NCBI GenBank assembly: GCA_021613535.1
Contig: CP075492.1
Span: 15,748,001 to 15,812,000 of the forward strand
DNA: 64,000 bases
From: Adineta vaga
Taxonomy: Eukaryota > Animalia > Rotifera
Reading direction: 5' to 3'
In this document: one piece after another, positions 50,879 through 64,000 of the stretch
Position numbering within the stretch: the first letter of the stretch is position 1
Layout: every line of letters starts with the position of its first letter
Notes under the pieces: generated by a model
Database searches by the model: none
The model's input: the letters and a program-made list of their open reading frames with translations, nothing else
Told to the model about the DNA's origin: nothing
Translations under genes and position numbers: made by a program

Positions 50879-53607
50879 TGAATGTCGTCATCAATCTGAA
50901 ACGGAAAGTGTGAATTGAACAACAATAACATGAAGAGAAGAAAAAAAAAGAGTCGTATCCCATCACAATGTCAATTAGTCAAAAGCTTGTCGAAGACGAT
51001 AGACTAGAGTGTCTAGCGAATGATCAATATGTTAATTGTCTTCTCTCATTTATATTTCTACTCGACAAGACAATGTTCAGAAAAAAAAGAAACGAGAAGA
51101 AGAAAGACTAAAGAACAACTGGGATGTGTCAAATATCTAATGAACTCAATTCATTTTAACTAGATTCATTCGTATTAACAAAAAAAAGAGAAGAGAGTGA
51201 GAGAGAGAGAGAACAAAAATGAAGAAATCTTTTTACATCATAGTTCATCGAAGAAAATCAATGAAAACGTTTTTTTTTGTGCTTTTCTTACTGGAATAAT
51301 TAATCCTTGATAAAGAGAAAATGTCATTTGTTTGATCTCTTTTGAAGAATATATTTGTTCAAATGGAACCAATAGGTAGTTCCTTTTCTTTGTTATTCTT
51401 ATTAAGTTGGACACATGACCACCGCAGGGTTAACGGACAACAATCAATCTTTCTTTCCTCTCTCGCTCTCGTACTTACTTACTTACTCTATTTCGATTGA
51501 ATAAAAAAGGCCAATAAGACTATTTGGTGAAATTTGAAAATACATCGAGATGTGTTCATCTTACCGTATCGTTTCATATATACTCATCACTTATCGACAA
51601 TGAATATATCAATCTTCTTCTTCTTCTTCTTTTTTTACTTTCTTCTTTACATTTTATGTAAGCATAGATACACTTCAATAAGAAAAGAGAGATATGTAAT
51701 GACATAGACGGAATAATGAGGTCTATTCTGTAAAAGAGAATGTATCCTTGAAGAAGGTTGTCATTTCGCCTGAAGCTAAGATTCATTTTATGATGATTGT
51801 CTTTAAAGTATAGAGATGATGATGATGATGATGTAAAATACTCAAGAGGCTTTTTATCTTGTGGTGAGAAAAAAAGAAACATTAATCATCTGACTGTTCA
51901 TGAAGAAAAGAAAAACAGAAGTTTGTTATGACTGGAATAAAACGCTAATGATCCTAATCAACTAAATGATGAGAGAAGAAGAAAAAATTTATTCTATTCA
52001 AATTCGTTTTTCTTGTAAATAAACAACGAAAAAAAGAAAAGAAAAGAAACGAATCTGTTTTATTGAAGAGAATTATTTGATATGGTTGAATATTCTCTTT
52101 CATCTATTCAGAAAAAGAAAGAAAAAGAAATATGTTGACTTTTGCCCGTTCGTCACCGTATGTTATGCACTTTTTTCTCTCTCTCTCTCTCTTTCGCTTT
52201 CGGACAAAGAGAGAAATCGTCATATACCTCTTTACAATATTTTGTTACATGTTTATGTACATCATCTTATGAATAGAAACGTATGAATAAAATGAACAAA
52301 AAGAAAAACTCGATCTTGATCGAAAAAAATTAGAAATCGATTTTAAACTTCATCGATAATGGAAATGTAATATTTTAAAGACATACTATTAGTCATAATT
52401 AGAAAAACTATAGAAAGATATATCAAATTTGGTTTTTTGGAATCGGACGCAATAGCTAGAAATATTAGTTTTTGAGCACATCCCGTTTTCTAAGATTGAC
52501 CATAGCAGGAAAAATCGATTTTTTTCGATAAATTTAATAGGAAAAGATTACGAACCTTTTAAGCACAACAATGATATAACTAAATGTACTTTGCTAATGG
52601 GACTATGCAATTCATTCTGAATGATATTTACGATCTCATTCAAGATTTTCTGCCCATATTTTTATAAGGAACTGTCATATGGCGCCATCTGAATGAAAAT
52701 CAGAAAGCATTTTTTGTTAGTAAATAGTATCGAAATTCAATATTTATTAATTAGCTCACCACAAATCAGCACCATATCCACGTGCTTTTCACCTTTTTAT
52801 TGCATTGAAATTAAACGTACCAAGAATTGTTCCTTCAGACAATGAAATAATGGATAAAGTCTCTAATTTATTTTGAATAATTATATTCTTTGATACAAAT
52901 GTCAATGATGACGACTATACCAGTTTACGATGTACTGTACAAATTAATTATAGATATTCCCCCAAATTAATAACTTATGGCATTATCATTTATATGTCAT
53001 TGTTCCACAAACGGTATTAACTTTTGAATCATATGTTGGTATTTCATAGATACACCCGCTCAAATATGCTATTTCTTATATTTCTCTCTCGCAAAATGAT
53101 GAATATGTGTGGTGAGATGAAAAATTTTGAAACGCGTTGACATGTTCGTTTTGTTTTAAGATTAAGCAAGTTAATTAAGAAGATTGAAAAGCAAATATTT
53201 TGCTTAATAAATAGCTAGAGATATCTTACAATAATTCTGAACCATATCAAAAGAATGACAATAACAATCTTTTTTTCATATCCTATCTCTCCTATAATCA
53301 AGAAGATATTGAATCATCTCAACAATGTTATCAATTTTATGCGAGAATAAAATTTTAAAAACGGTATTTTGATTTGTTTCTAAACATACCAAGGACTTTT
53401 TTGTAGTACATTATTGAAATCAAATTATGTCTTGGCTCGATTGATTCAGTTGGTCAATGCAATTTCATATGGTTAACAATGTTCTTTGATGTATAGAGAG
53501 ACGAAGAAAGAAAAGACACGCTTAACTCATCTTTTTATTTCGTTTGGTTCATTAAAAATTAAAAGAAAAGAAAAACTCACGGAATCTTACGACCTCTTTT
53601 TGTTTCT

Positions 53608-54648
53608 TCAAAACGAACGTGAAAATGGATGTTGAGCAAGCCAACTTGTTTGTGGACGTTGATGTGGATCCATTTGAAGTGTATGTCGAAGAATATCAAC
53701 AATATTTCGATCTTTACATGATGAAATACCATGAGGTGGACGATAACATCGATTATGATGATCATATGCAGGATCATGACCATAATTTATCCAATATAAT
53801 ATCGCACCAACAGACCAAATGTCAGCTTTATTGGTATAGCGAGGTACAGCATCGTGTGGAACAAGACGAACTTCAGGAGCAGTAAAACCGTACGTGCCTG
53901 TGGGTCCCACTCTGGAAACGATCTAATCAGACTCTTTTTCCGTATTAAATAAAGAAGAAAGTTTACCCTCGACTATTGGCTTTTTGTGCAATACCTAGAT
54001 CAACTAATTTCAATCGATTACCAAAAAAAACAAGATTTGACGGTTTTAAATCCAAATGAACCTATAAAAAAAAAGAATTTTTTAAATAAAAATGAAAGAA
54101 GAAAATCGAAATGAAAACAAACAATTGAATGTTTATGAATTGTAATTAGAATATTGACAATTTGTTTCCATAAAATCTTCTGTTGATCAATTGATATCGT
54201 TGTTTTATTATAAAGAGTTTTTTCTAGATCTTGATCACCTCGTTCCATAACAATAAAAGCTAAACCAGTTGGATGAAAATCAAAATCAAACATTTTCACA
54301 ACATGTCTTGATTCCGTTGATAATTTTGTTGATTGTCGAACTTCATTCAAAAATGAATCAACTAAATATGGTAATGATGATGAACTTTCAGCTAAACTAA
54401 CCACTTTTATCGCAACATTGACTCCTTTCAATAGAAAAGAAAAGGAAAAACAAATATTCATTGCATTGAATTTCTTTTTTGTATGAATAGAACAAACCAT
54501 CACTGTATCGTGTTGCTGGATATACTCTTCCAAATGCACCACTTCCTAATTGATGTTTTCCAAATGTATATTTATCTTTATTGATTTGTATCAATTTTTT
54601 ATGTAAATTCACACTCGTGATTCTCCAAGATTCATTGCGATTTGACAT
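53608..54648 (-). CDS. Ser/Thr protein kinase, multi-exon
   Basis: LGSGAFGRV, VAIK, HLDLKPSN, DLG, APE and ADIWSVG motifs. Confidence 0.9.
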
Positions 54649-55049
54649 GAAATCGAGTTATATAGTGTTGATTTTCTCTCAAGTGCGTATTATGATACAA
54701 GTAAAAAAAAACAAAACAAAAAATGATATATTTTGTATTTATATTGGTTAATTATTGATGAAGAACGGAGAAACATGATTTGATAAAAAATCATTCGTTG
54801 ATCAGCTAAAAGGTACGTATATGTCAGGTCTTTATCAGTAAAGCATTTAATTATAGGTAGATATGAAATGTGTTAGTATGATGATTCATCATTTTTGTCG
54901 ACATCTGCTGACAAGTATTGAATATTGAACGACAAAAAAAAGAAAGATAGAGAAAGAAAAGCGTTAATGTCCATTTAACGCATGAATGATGTTGACCTGT
55001 TTCATTTTTGTCATCTTTCATTTGAACAAACATAACGAAAGAAGAAAGA

Positions 55050-55897
55050 ATGAATTTTGTTCGTGTATCTGGTAAAATTGGTCTGACAAGTCTTTGGATA
55101 TCTTTAATATCCTATTTTTTATCCTTCATTCTTTATGTTATTGCATTTTCATTATCTGATTGGATTATTTATACAACTGTTCCAGTTAAAGTTGGAATAT
55201 GGCGTTTATGTGATATACAGGTTTGATATCTAAATTGGTTTTTTTCGATTGTATCATCTTTTTATTTTTGTACAAATCGATAGGTTGCTGGTTATGATCG
55301 TTGTGCTGATTGGAGTTCTCGTACTTATCCAACTAATACAACAAATGCAGCATTTATGGGTCCACCAGATTTTATTCGAACAAGTCAATCATTAGAAGTT
55401 GTTGCACTTGTTTTTTATGTTATCGCCGGAATTTTACTTCTTATTGGTCTATGTCAACGATCAATGGGAATATTGTTTTTTGCAGCATCAATGTCAATGA
55501 TTATTACAGGTTTGTTTAAAAAAAAGAAAATTATTAATCCAATCAGTGCTTTTGTTTTAGTTATATTTGCATCGGCAACTGTGGGCTTATTTGCTGGTCA
55601 AGGTAAAACTGCCTATGGTGGTTATTTATCATTCGCATGGTGGATGGCACTTATTGCATTAATTATCTCATTATTTAGTGCAATTTTCTTACTGATTCTT
55701 TCATTTTATATTTTACCATTACCTATGGTTAATGAAAATAAAATGTAAATTTGATTACTATTGAGAGAACAAAAATCTTTTTAATTTGTTTTTATTAATT
55801 TAGACTCGATCCAAATAGCAAAATGTATTATACATCACCACCGTATTCAACAAATATTTATACTCCACAAGATATCAATGCGGATTATATGCACTGA
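55050..55897 (+). CDS. Claudin/PMP22-like tetraspan protein, multi-exon
   Basis: W...GIWRLC...C first-loop motif, four hydrophobic segments, YLSFAWW. Confidence 0.75.
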
Positions 55898-58219
55898 GAA
55901 ACCAAGTTAATCGATTAACATTCATTAATTAAACTTTAATTGTTAACAAAATTGTTTTTTTTTGAAGGAAAATAAATAAATGAAATCTTTTTAGAATAGA
56001 ATTATTTACTGCATTTCTTCTTCATTATTTTGAAAGAATTATTTCAGAATAGAGCAAACAGTTATTGGACACGTATTTCATTTGTGAAGTCACTGATAGA
56101 TTGATTTTCATATACGATATAAGATATATGCACAAACGATCGTTGTTGTTGGGAAACAAAGAAATACTATTAAATTCGAGGAAACAATCTGTTTGTTATT
56201 TAATACCAGTTTTATTGTATAAAAATAGCTATGTAAATTCAATTCTAATATTGATTATATCAGATAAGGAAAGAATATTTATTCTATTTGACGAAATGTG
56301 ATCATCCAAAGAGAGTATCTCCACTAATTAGTTGTAAATAGAAATAACTAGAAAAGAAAACGTCCTGATAATATGTAGATTTTTGATCGAAACCAACGAT
56401 TTTAAAATGATTCTCAGATGCATACAATTACAATAGTTGTTGAATATTTAAATATTTATTTCAATAGAGACATTTGTTTCAGACGATTAACAATCAAATC
56501 TGTAAAAATGTTAATTCCGAATTTTTCTTAAATACTGTTTGATATTAATCTGATAATATTATTGTAGAATGATACAGTTTTTAGAAGTATAATATCAGAC
56601 AATAAATAGATTCGATAAAGTTATGAATATTCATTCCTGTAACGTCATCTTCTTTTTTTCCAAAGCAAACATGCAGCAGCAGTATGTTATGAGTCATTTT
56701 ATTTCGTTCTTTGTTTACCTCGACTAGACGTTCTAGTTCTACAAGTAATAGTTCTACGACACTAGTGACTATCTTCTTATATATGAATTACCTCGATTCT
56801 CTCATTGTTCGACCAAGAAAAAAGAAATACGTGCATCATATATAAGAGATAAACACGTCCGACTATTTCATTTACTATTTGATTTGTCGATCTTGCGTAT
56901 CAATTATCGAATGTAAGGAAAACAACTGATAAACTGTTGTAATTTTCTCCACAACTTTTCGAATCGAATTTTGGTTTATTAAGATTTTCTTGTCAGTTGT
57001 TTATTTTTATCGATTTTTGATATATTGTAATCACTATTCAATCAGCATAATGGCTGCACAACCTATTGATCTCACTTACTATCAAACGTTGCATCTAAAT
57101 CAACAACGAACGATAGTAAGTGATACTATACGGACAAGAGTGACACATCAAAACAGATACAATACAAGAGCTTTAAGTTTTTTTTAAACTTTTCTCTATC
57201 TAAAAGCATAATAGTTATGGTCGATGATTTATAGATGTAGACGAATTGAAGAAAAGAAAGAATATGATTGTAAGATTATTTTCTTATGAATTAGAATTTA
57301 CTAAGTTCAATTGTTAAAAAAAATAACTAGAGACATGTTTCTCATTTTGAATTAAAACAAATCATTTGCTTCTAAGTTGTTTTTGTTTAAAAATCAGTAA
57401 ATTTATATTCTATTATACAGACGGATGGAGGAGAAAAAACACGTCATATCGACATGTAACATTTGACCTTTCATTCATCTTTCTTCTCTAATGAATAAGT
57501 TCAGTCCTTTTTTCTTTTAACGTTTGACGAACGTTGTTGAGATATATATGTATATAATAACTGCGAAAAATAACAATCGTGCGAAGGTTGTTTTTGTTTG
57601 CTGAATATTGGTTGAATTATGGCGATTACATATCATGTACATAGCTAAGTTCACGCTTGTTTCTCACTTTTACTTTTTTTTACTTGTTTCAGAAACACGA
57701 TTTAGCATTTCAAATTATGCAAATAATTTTCCAAATGGATATGATGTTGGATAATGCTCCTGGTCGAATGAAACATAAAATGACAGCTGATCAGATACAA
57801 TCATATAATAACTTGGATACGAGAAAATCAATGTTGATGGAAGAATTGAAGATCTTAATGTTAAATGATCGCGATATATAATACACGATCGAACAATAAC
57901 TATGATATTCATTTTCTGTTCATATGTCTTCAATACATGTTTCTTATTTATGCTTTCTCTGTTGATTTATTATTACATTAAAATTTCGCACTTGGAATCA
58001 GAATCTTTGTTTTTAATTTGAAAATCAATATGCTTCGATTTGAAATAATTGACAATTATTTCCTAGATAAATTAATTTTCTATCTTCAAGGTGTGAGTGA
58101 AGAAGAGACAATCATAGTCTCATTCTCGAAACGATACACATGCATTTTATTTAGAGTGATATGGAAACACATGAATAAAAGTCATATCAAGTATAGAACG
58201 AGTATTTATGTAAATAAGA

Positions 58220-59400
58220 TCAAATAATATAAAATTTCTGTACGCGATGATTTGCCGAATCAACAACAAAGAGATTACCTTGCCGATCGAATGCTAAGCC
58301 TTTAGGGTGGCCCAATTGATTTAGTTGCTTTCCATATCCATTACCACCAGCCACAACTTTACTTTCTCCAGATCCTTTTGACCAAAACATTATTCTATTA
58401 TTTCCATAATCACTTACATACACATTACCCCAATGATCGGCAAATATTCCATCGGGATAATACATTTGTGTAAGATTACTTCCTATACCATATCCACCAG
58501 CACTAACAATCCCTATTGTTGTGTCTTTCAATCATTTCATTACCCGATGATTGTAATAATCAGATGTATGTAATGAAGAATTTTGATCGACAGAGATAAA
58601 AGTAGGTGAATTGAATTGGTTCAGTTGATTTCCTATTTTATTTCCACCAGCTACAATTATTCCATTTCTATCGCCAATCTTGCATCATCTTACTTCATTC
58701 TTGTCTACATCAGAAACGTAAAGATTTCCATTATTATCAATTGCTAAACCGTGACAATAGATATTAGAAATGAGTATTTGTCGATCTGTTTGATTTTGAC
58801 GTGACCATCGGACCACACGTCTGTTTCCTTGATCACATATAATGAGTGAATCGATCTTTTTATCCACACATACATCAGTTGGTTCTTTCAATTGATCAAG
58901 TCGATCTCCATCTCTATTTCTACCTGCAACAATTTTCCCTTCGTTTGTACCATATTTCCATGCAACGATACGATCGTTTCCATAATCAGCAATATAAATA
59001 GTTTGCAGATCGTCATCAATATAAATACCACTAGGATAATACAATTGATTTAACTGTCTTCCAGATCCATTTCCACCCTCAATAATCGTTGCATTCTGTA
59101 TCCATTTAGGATTCGCATTGTCTAGATTATAGAAAAAGAAAATTTCATTTTCAGATTAAAATCAACTTACTTATAAACATAGGTCTTGTTGTTGTTATGG
59201 TTGTTTTCATTGTTATTGTGGTTGATGATTCTTGTATCTAAGTGCTTGTTGTTTCTGTTGTCTTACTTTTGTTTGTCAAAACAAAGGCTAGTATTATAGC
59301 CACAGTTATAACTATTAACAGAACAACAACAACAACACCAAAAATTATTCGCTTATGCATCTTTTTTCTTTATATAGATGATGCACCTAAAATAATACTT
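58220..59400 (-). pseudogene. NHL-repeat protein with TM and Thr-rich stalk, disrupted
   Basis: YYPSGIYID, IADYGNDRI and VVDSANHRVQ repeats; in-frame TGA at 58685 and frameshifts. Confidence 0.8.
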
Positions 59401-60382
59401 TTTTATATCATATATATATATATATATATTTTTCTTTTTCTCTCTATCTTTGACAGCTCATAACCTGGTACTGTAAGGACCAATTGGTCAACATGTTACT
59501 TGCACAATAAAATAAAAAAAAAAATAATACTTTTTTAAACAAAAATAGTTACATAGAAATTTGATCGAAACGTTCGGCCTGTCTTTTATAATCACAGAAA
59601 GGAAAGAAAGTTTCAATTATGAAAGAAGTAATAGAAAACATTCGTATCTATCTAGATTTTTTAACCTATGATTGAAATAAGTAAGCTCAGTAAACATTTA
59701 CATTTCAATATGATCTTATATTTATTGAGTAAATCAATCTCATTTATGCAACATATAAGTAAACCTGTGTCATATATTTACTTTCGAATCTTAAATTGTA
59801 TATGAAGATCAGGATGACGGTATTCATTTTAACTCAACAAAACCTAAGTGATGTCAATATGCAACGTAAAAGATAGATTTATATGAAGCACGCCATGAGA
59901 ACATAATGGATAGAAACGTATTAGACAAAAATAGGACATACAGTTTCACACGTAAAATTGTTTCTATCTGAGTGAATTAGTTCTTGACTACAATATATTT
60001 TAAAATCTTCCTTTAAAATTAGATAATGATAACAACACCCTCATCATCTCAACAACTCTATAATATCGAATTGTTTGGTTCTTACTCATTGATTAACATA
60101 TATTTATCAAATAGAAATACTTTGTTTCCAAGTTATCTTGATCTGTTCGTCACTCATACTGTCAAGACACAGATGACGTACATTTCTTTCCTCTATATGA
60201 GGAAACTATTTTAAATCTATTGATCTAAGAAATCTTTGACGTCAACTACCTGTCTTAATGATAAATAATAGAAAGACGTGCTTTTGACCGTTCTCATATC
60301 TATATAATTCTATGATTCTATACATTTAGTTTTAATTTTTTTTTCTAGAAAAATCAAGTCAGATTAAACTATTTGAAATATA

Positions 60383-63300
60383 ATGCCAGTCCATATCTCT
60401 ATTCATTCTTTAAGAATATCTTTCAAAAATCATTTGTTAAAATTAAATCTTTTTCAAAGCGGTATCGAAGATCAATCAATTATACGAAATGAACGACGAA
60501 CTACACGTCTCTATCTAGTTCTTCTTTTTGTTTCAATTCTCATCATCGGATTCTATTACACTTTCATTCCATATACACACACATATTTTATTAAATCTCC
60601 TTCTTTTCTCGATTATTCTAGTCTACCAAAACAATTCTCATTACAATGTCCTTGTTCAACAATTTCAATAAAATACATAGCATTTCTTCATATTAAACCT
60701 TCATTTCATTCATTATGTCAAAATAATTTTCTAACTGATGAACTTACTGAACGATTATATTTCCTCTATAAACAAACAACAAACAAATCTATTTCAATTG
60801 ATATTCATCGAATTGCTGTTTTTCAATTTCGAACTCTCCGAAGATTATGTCAATTAACACGAAAAATACTCGATGATAATCTCAAAGCATTTCTTTAAAC
60901 TGATTTTGTTCAGACACAACTTATATCATATGAAGATCTTGAAAAACAAATGACATTATTAACAGAAGATTTCATTGATTCAACACCAAAATCGTTCTTA
61001 CGTACTTTGAATTTTATTCAAAATCTTACACAACAAAATTTACTCATGACCGGCGCTTCAATAACAAGTGTTCTACCAAGAACTCAACATCTTATGATAT
61101 TACAAGAAAATATTCCATATGATGGAATGAAATACATATTTACAGATAATTCATCTTGTATTTGTTCAAGTTCATCAGCAAATACTTGTATAGGTTTAGC
61201 AACATACAAAGGTATACCTATATCTGGTTTCTATACCGGTTGTTATATGTTCAATGCACTTCTTCATTCAACATTGGATATTTTCTTTAATCAAACACTC
61301 TTGAACATTGTTACGCAGTCAAGAAATGAATTTCAAATATTAAATTCATCATTTTCAAATAGAATTACAGTTCAATCATTACTTCAACAAATGTTTGTTA
61401 CTCATTGGTTCAATAAAACATCTTTCGAAGATTATTTCAAACAATGTGCACCGATATCCTGTCAATATCGAATTGTTCAACGATATGATTTCTTATTTAT
61501 TCTAACAACAATGATTGGTTTAATTGGTGGTTTATCTACAGCATTAAGAATTATAACATCATTTCTTGTGGTAACACTTTGGCCAATCATTTGGAAATTT
61601 ATTCAACAAAAGAAAACTCGTCATGTTATCCAAACAAATGTCGAGATAAGTAAATTTTTTTCTATTAATTTTGATACAATTTATCTTTTTTCTACCTAGT
61701 ACCAATTCGTATACGAATTAAACAATTCTTTCGATTAGTAAAACAAAAATGGATTGAATTAAATTTATTTACAAGTATTCCACCATCACACGATGAATTT
61801 GTTCTTTGACGACAACGTTATAAAACACGATTGTATATTGTTCTTCTAATCATTGCAATTTTTATTTTAATAATTTCTACATCAATCAAAGCTCAAACAA
61901 TTCATATCACAATTAAATCACCATCATCAAAAGATTTTCTTCATCTTTATGAACAATATCCACGAACATTACATTGTCCTTGTAGTCATACAACATTCAA
62001 TCAAGAATTGGTATTTTCTATGGAACCAGAATATCATCAAGTCTGTTCAAGTCAATTCATTTCTTCAGATTGGATTAAAATCAAATTTATTAAATCTTCG
62101 AAAATAAGATTAATAACATATGATATACGTTATCAATGGGAATTTTATTTTCAACTTCTTTCAACCTTATGTCAAATGGCTAATCAAACAATTGAAGATT
62201 CACTTCAATCATTCTATCGAACGAAATGTATTAGTAACGAACTCTTTACTCCTCAATCTTTTCAAACACAAATCGATTTATTAATCGAAGAATTCAAACG
62301 AACATTACCAGAATCCTATCAACGAACAATTCAACTTATTAGAACTAATTTTGAAATTAATCAATTTATTACACCAATGAATTCATACTTCACTAGTAGT
62401 GAGTATGATGAGAAAATCCGATCAATTCAGATGTCTCATTTTATATATATAAGTTTAGATAACGAGATTTGTCAAACGTCAGATGACATTTATCCCAATA
62501 GTTGCTATTGTTTTTCTGAAGCATCTTATGAATGTTATCAATACATAAAATTAAAAGACATTCATTCGACTTTTATTATTCCAGAAATGTATCAAACTTG
62601 GTTTCCTCTTCAAGCATTTCTTATGTCAACATTAGAATGTTTTTATAATCAAACATGTCTTTCTCATATTGTACAATATATGAATTTATCACAATCATCT
62701 ACTAATTTAACTATACTTAATTCTTCATTATTAAAATCAAATAAAGAACAATATGATCGACTAGAAATCTTAGTCAATAATCTTTTTCTTCAATCATATT
62801 TTAATTAATGTTATCCAAGAATATGTCAATATTCGTATGAAAGTCGTGTCAATCTGATTTATATTATAACCACAACAATTGGAGGAATTCATATTGTTTT
62901 ACGTTTATTTTTACCATTTATTCTAAAATTATTTATGAAATTCGGAAAGTATTTAGCTGAACGTCAACGAAATAATTTGCTTAGAAACAATGAAATACGT
63001 AAGAAAAAAGTTTTCTTACGACTTTTCGATCATCTTTATAAAATTTTCGTTTATGGTAAACAACGATTAATAACATTAAATCTTTATCTCACAATTCCAT
63101 TGACTATTAATCGAAAAATTCTTCGTCGAAATCGTCGTTCAACTCGAATATATTTAATTTTATTATTTACCGCTTTTTCTTTTCTCATTGTTTATACATT
63201 ATTAAAACAAGAAACAAACATAGTTATTATTGAATCTCCATCACTTGTCAAATATCGACAATTATTAACTCAAAATTCTTTAACACTTCAATGTCCTTGT

Positions 63301-64000
63301 AGAAATATTGCCATTAAATATTCAAAATTCATAACTCAAATTCAACCTGAATATCATGAAGTTTGTTCAAGTATTTTCATTTCTCTTCGTTGGATTGAAA
63401 GTATAAGTAAATCATATTTTTTTGCTGGGACAACAATTGAATTCGGTATAATTACAAATGAACTTACCAAACAATTCAGAACATTGTCAACACTTTGTCA
63501 AATATCTGAAAAAATGTTAAATACATCGTTATCAATCTTTCATCAATCAGATTTTCTTAGTGCATATGTCATATCTGAACATGAATTTTCCACTCGAATT
63601 GAACTATTAATTGAACAATTCAAAAGCAAAGTATTCAGTCAATTTACCGAAACATTTCAATTAATTCAATTAATTAATCATGCAAATGAATTCGCAACAG
63701 TATATTTTACAAATTGGTTATTTGTACCAAAATATCAAGATGTTTTTCAACCATTCAAAGATATACCAATACATGCTTTAACTGAACCACGAATATATAG
63801 TACTGAAAATAAATGTTCATGTGGTATTCAATCAAATTGTTCGAAATTATCGGATTCGAAATTTTCAGCGTGAAATAATTCATTTTATGAAACACTTCCT
63901 GGTTTTCGTGTTGGATGTTGGGCTTTTGATTCGTTTCTTCAATCAGATCTAACGTGTCTTTATAATAAAACATGTGTCAGTTTGATGCAAGCATCATTTT
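60383..64000 (+). pseudogene. Uncharacterised membrane-protein gene with 3 tandem TM / Cys-rich ectodomain / TM modules; several in-frame stops; runs off the window
   Basis: Each module begins with (R)..TR(L/I)Y + TM + SPS...L.CPC...P.(F/Y)H..C. Stops at 60896, 61807, 62806 and 63871; one intron near 61650-61699. Confidence 0.75.

Noticed and set aside
50900-52330. GA/AAG-rich low-complexity tracts upstream of the Kirrel-like gene
   Set aside because: Ordinary simple repeats with no defined structure.
57050-57881. Possible small multi-exon gene(s)
   Set aside because: There are coding-like fragments, but I could not build a consistent spliced model or assign a family.

Overview
AT-rich eukaryotic genomic DNA with very short GT-AG introns (about 40-60 nt). 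The gene families present (LDLa/EGF-GPCR, one-LRR-per-exon gene, NHL repeats, 'RRTTRLY...CPC' membrane family, a bacterial-type kinase) point to a bdelloid rotifer; this taxonomic call is inference. The first ~25.6 kb holds a head-to-tail array of 12 intronless genes, all on the + strand. They encode a 72-88 aa, ~30% Cys protein with no signal peptide ([12 protein letters not shown]...VDPCCC). Each copy carries a homologous promoter block and 3'UTR. The spacers differ and contain an orphan ORF, a decayed GPCR, a Helitron remnant and a 1540-aa LDLa/EGF-GPCR. The copies show mosaic relatedness and repeat-number variation, and one is frameshifted. This array is the best candidate for an undescribed system, possibly a keratin-associated-protein-like structural family or a metal-binding family. 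The rest of the window has DUSP19, a GPCR, a bacterial-type PfkB kinase (HGT candidate, frameshifted), an LRR gene, a U-box/TM/PPC-like gene, a CXC-type Zn protein, progranulin, a complete non-autonomous Helitron, nested TA-flanked TIR elements, a metallophosphoesterase, a Kirrel-like Ig protein, a Ser/Thr kinase, a claudin-like gene, and decayed NHL and triple-module membrane-protein genes.
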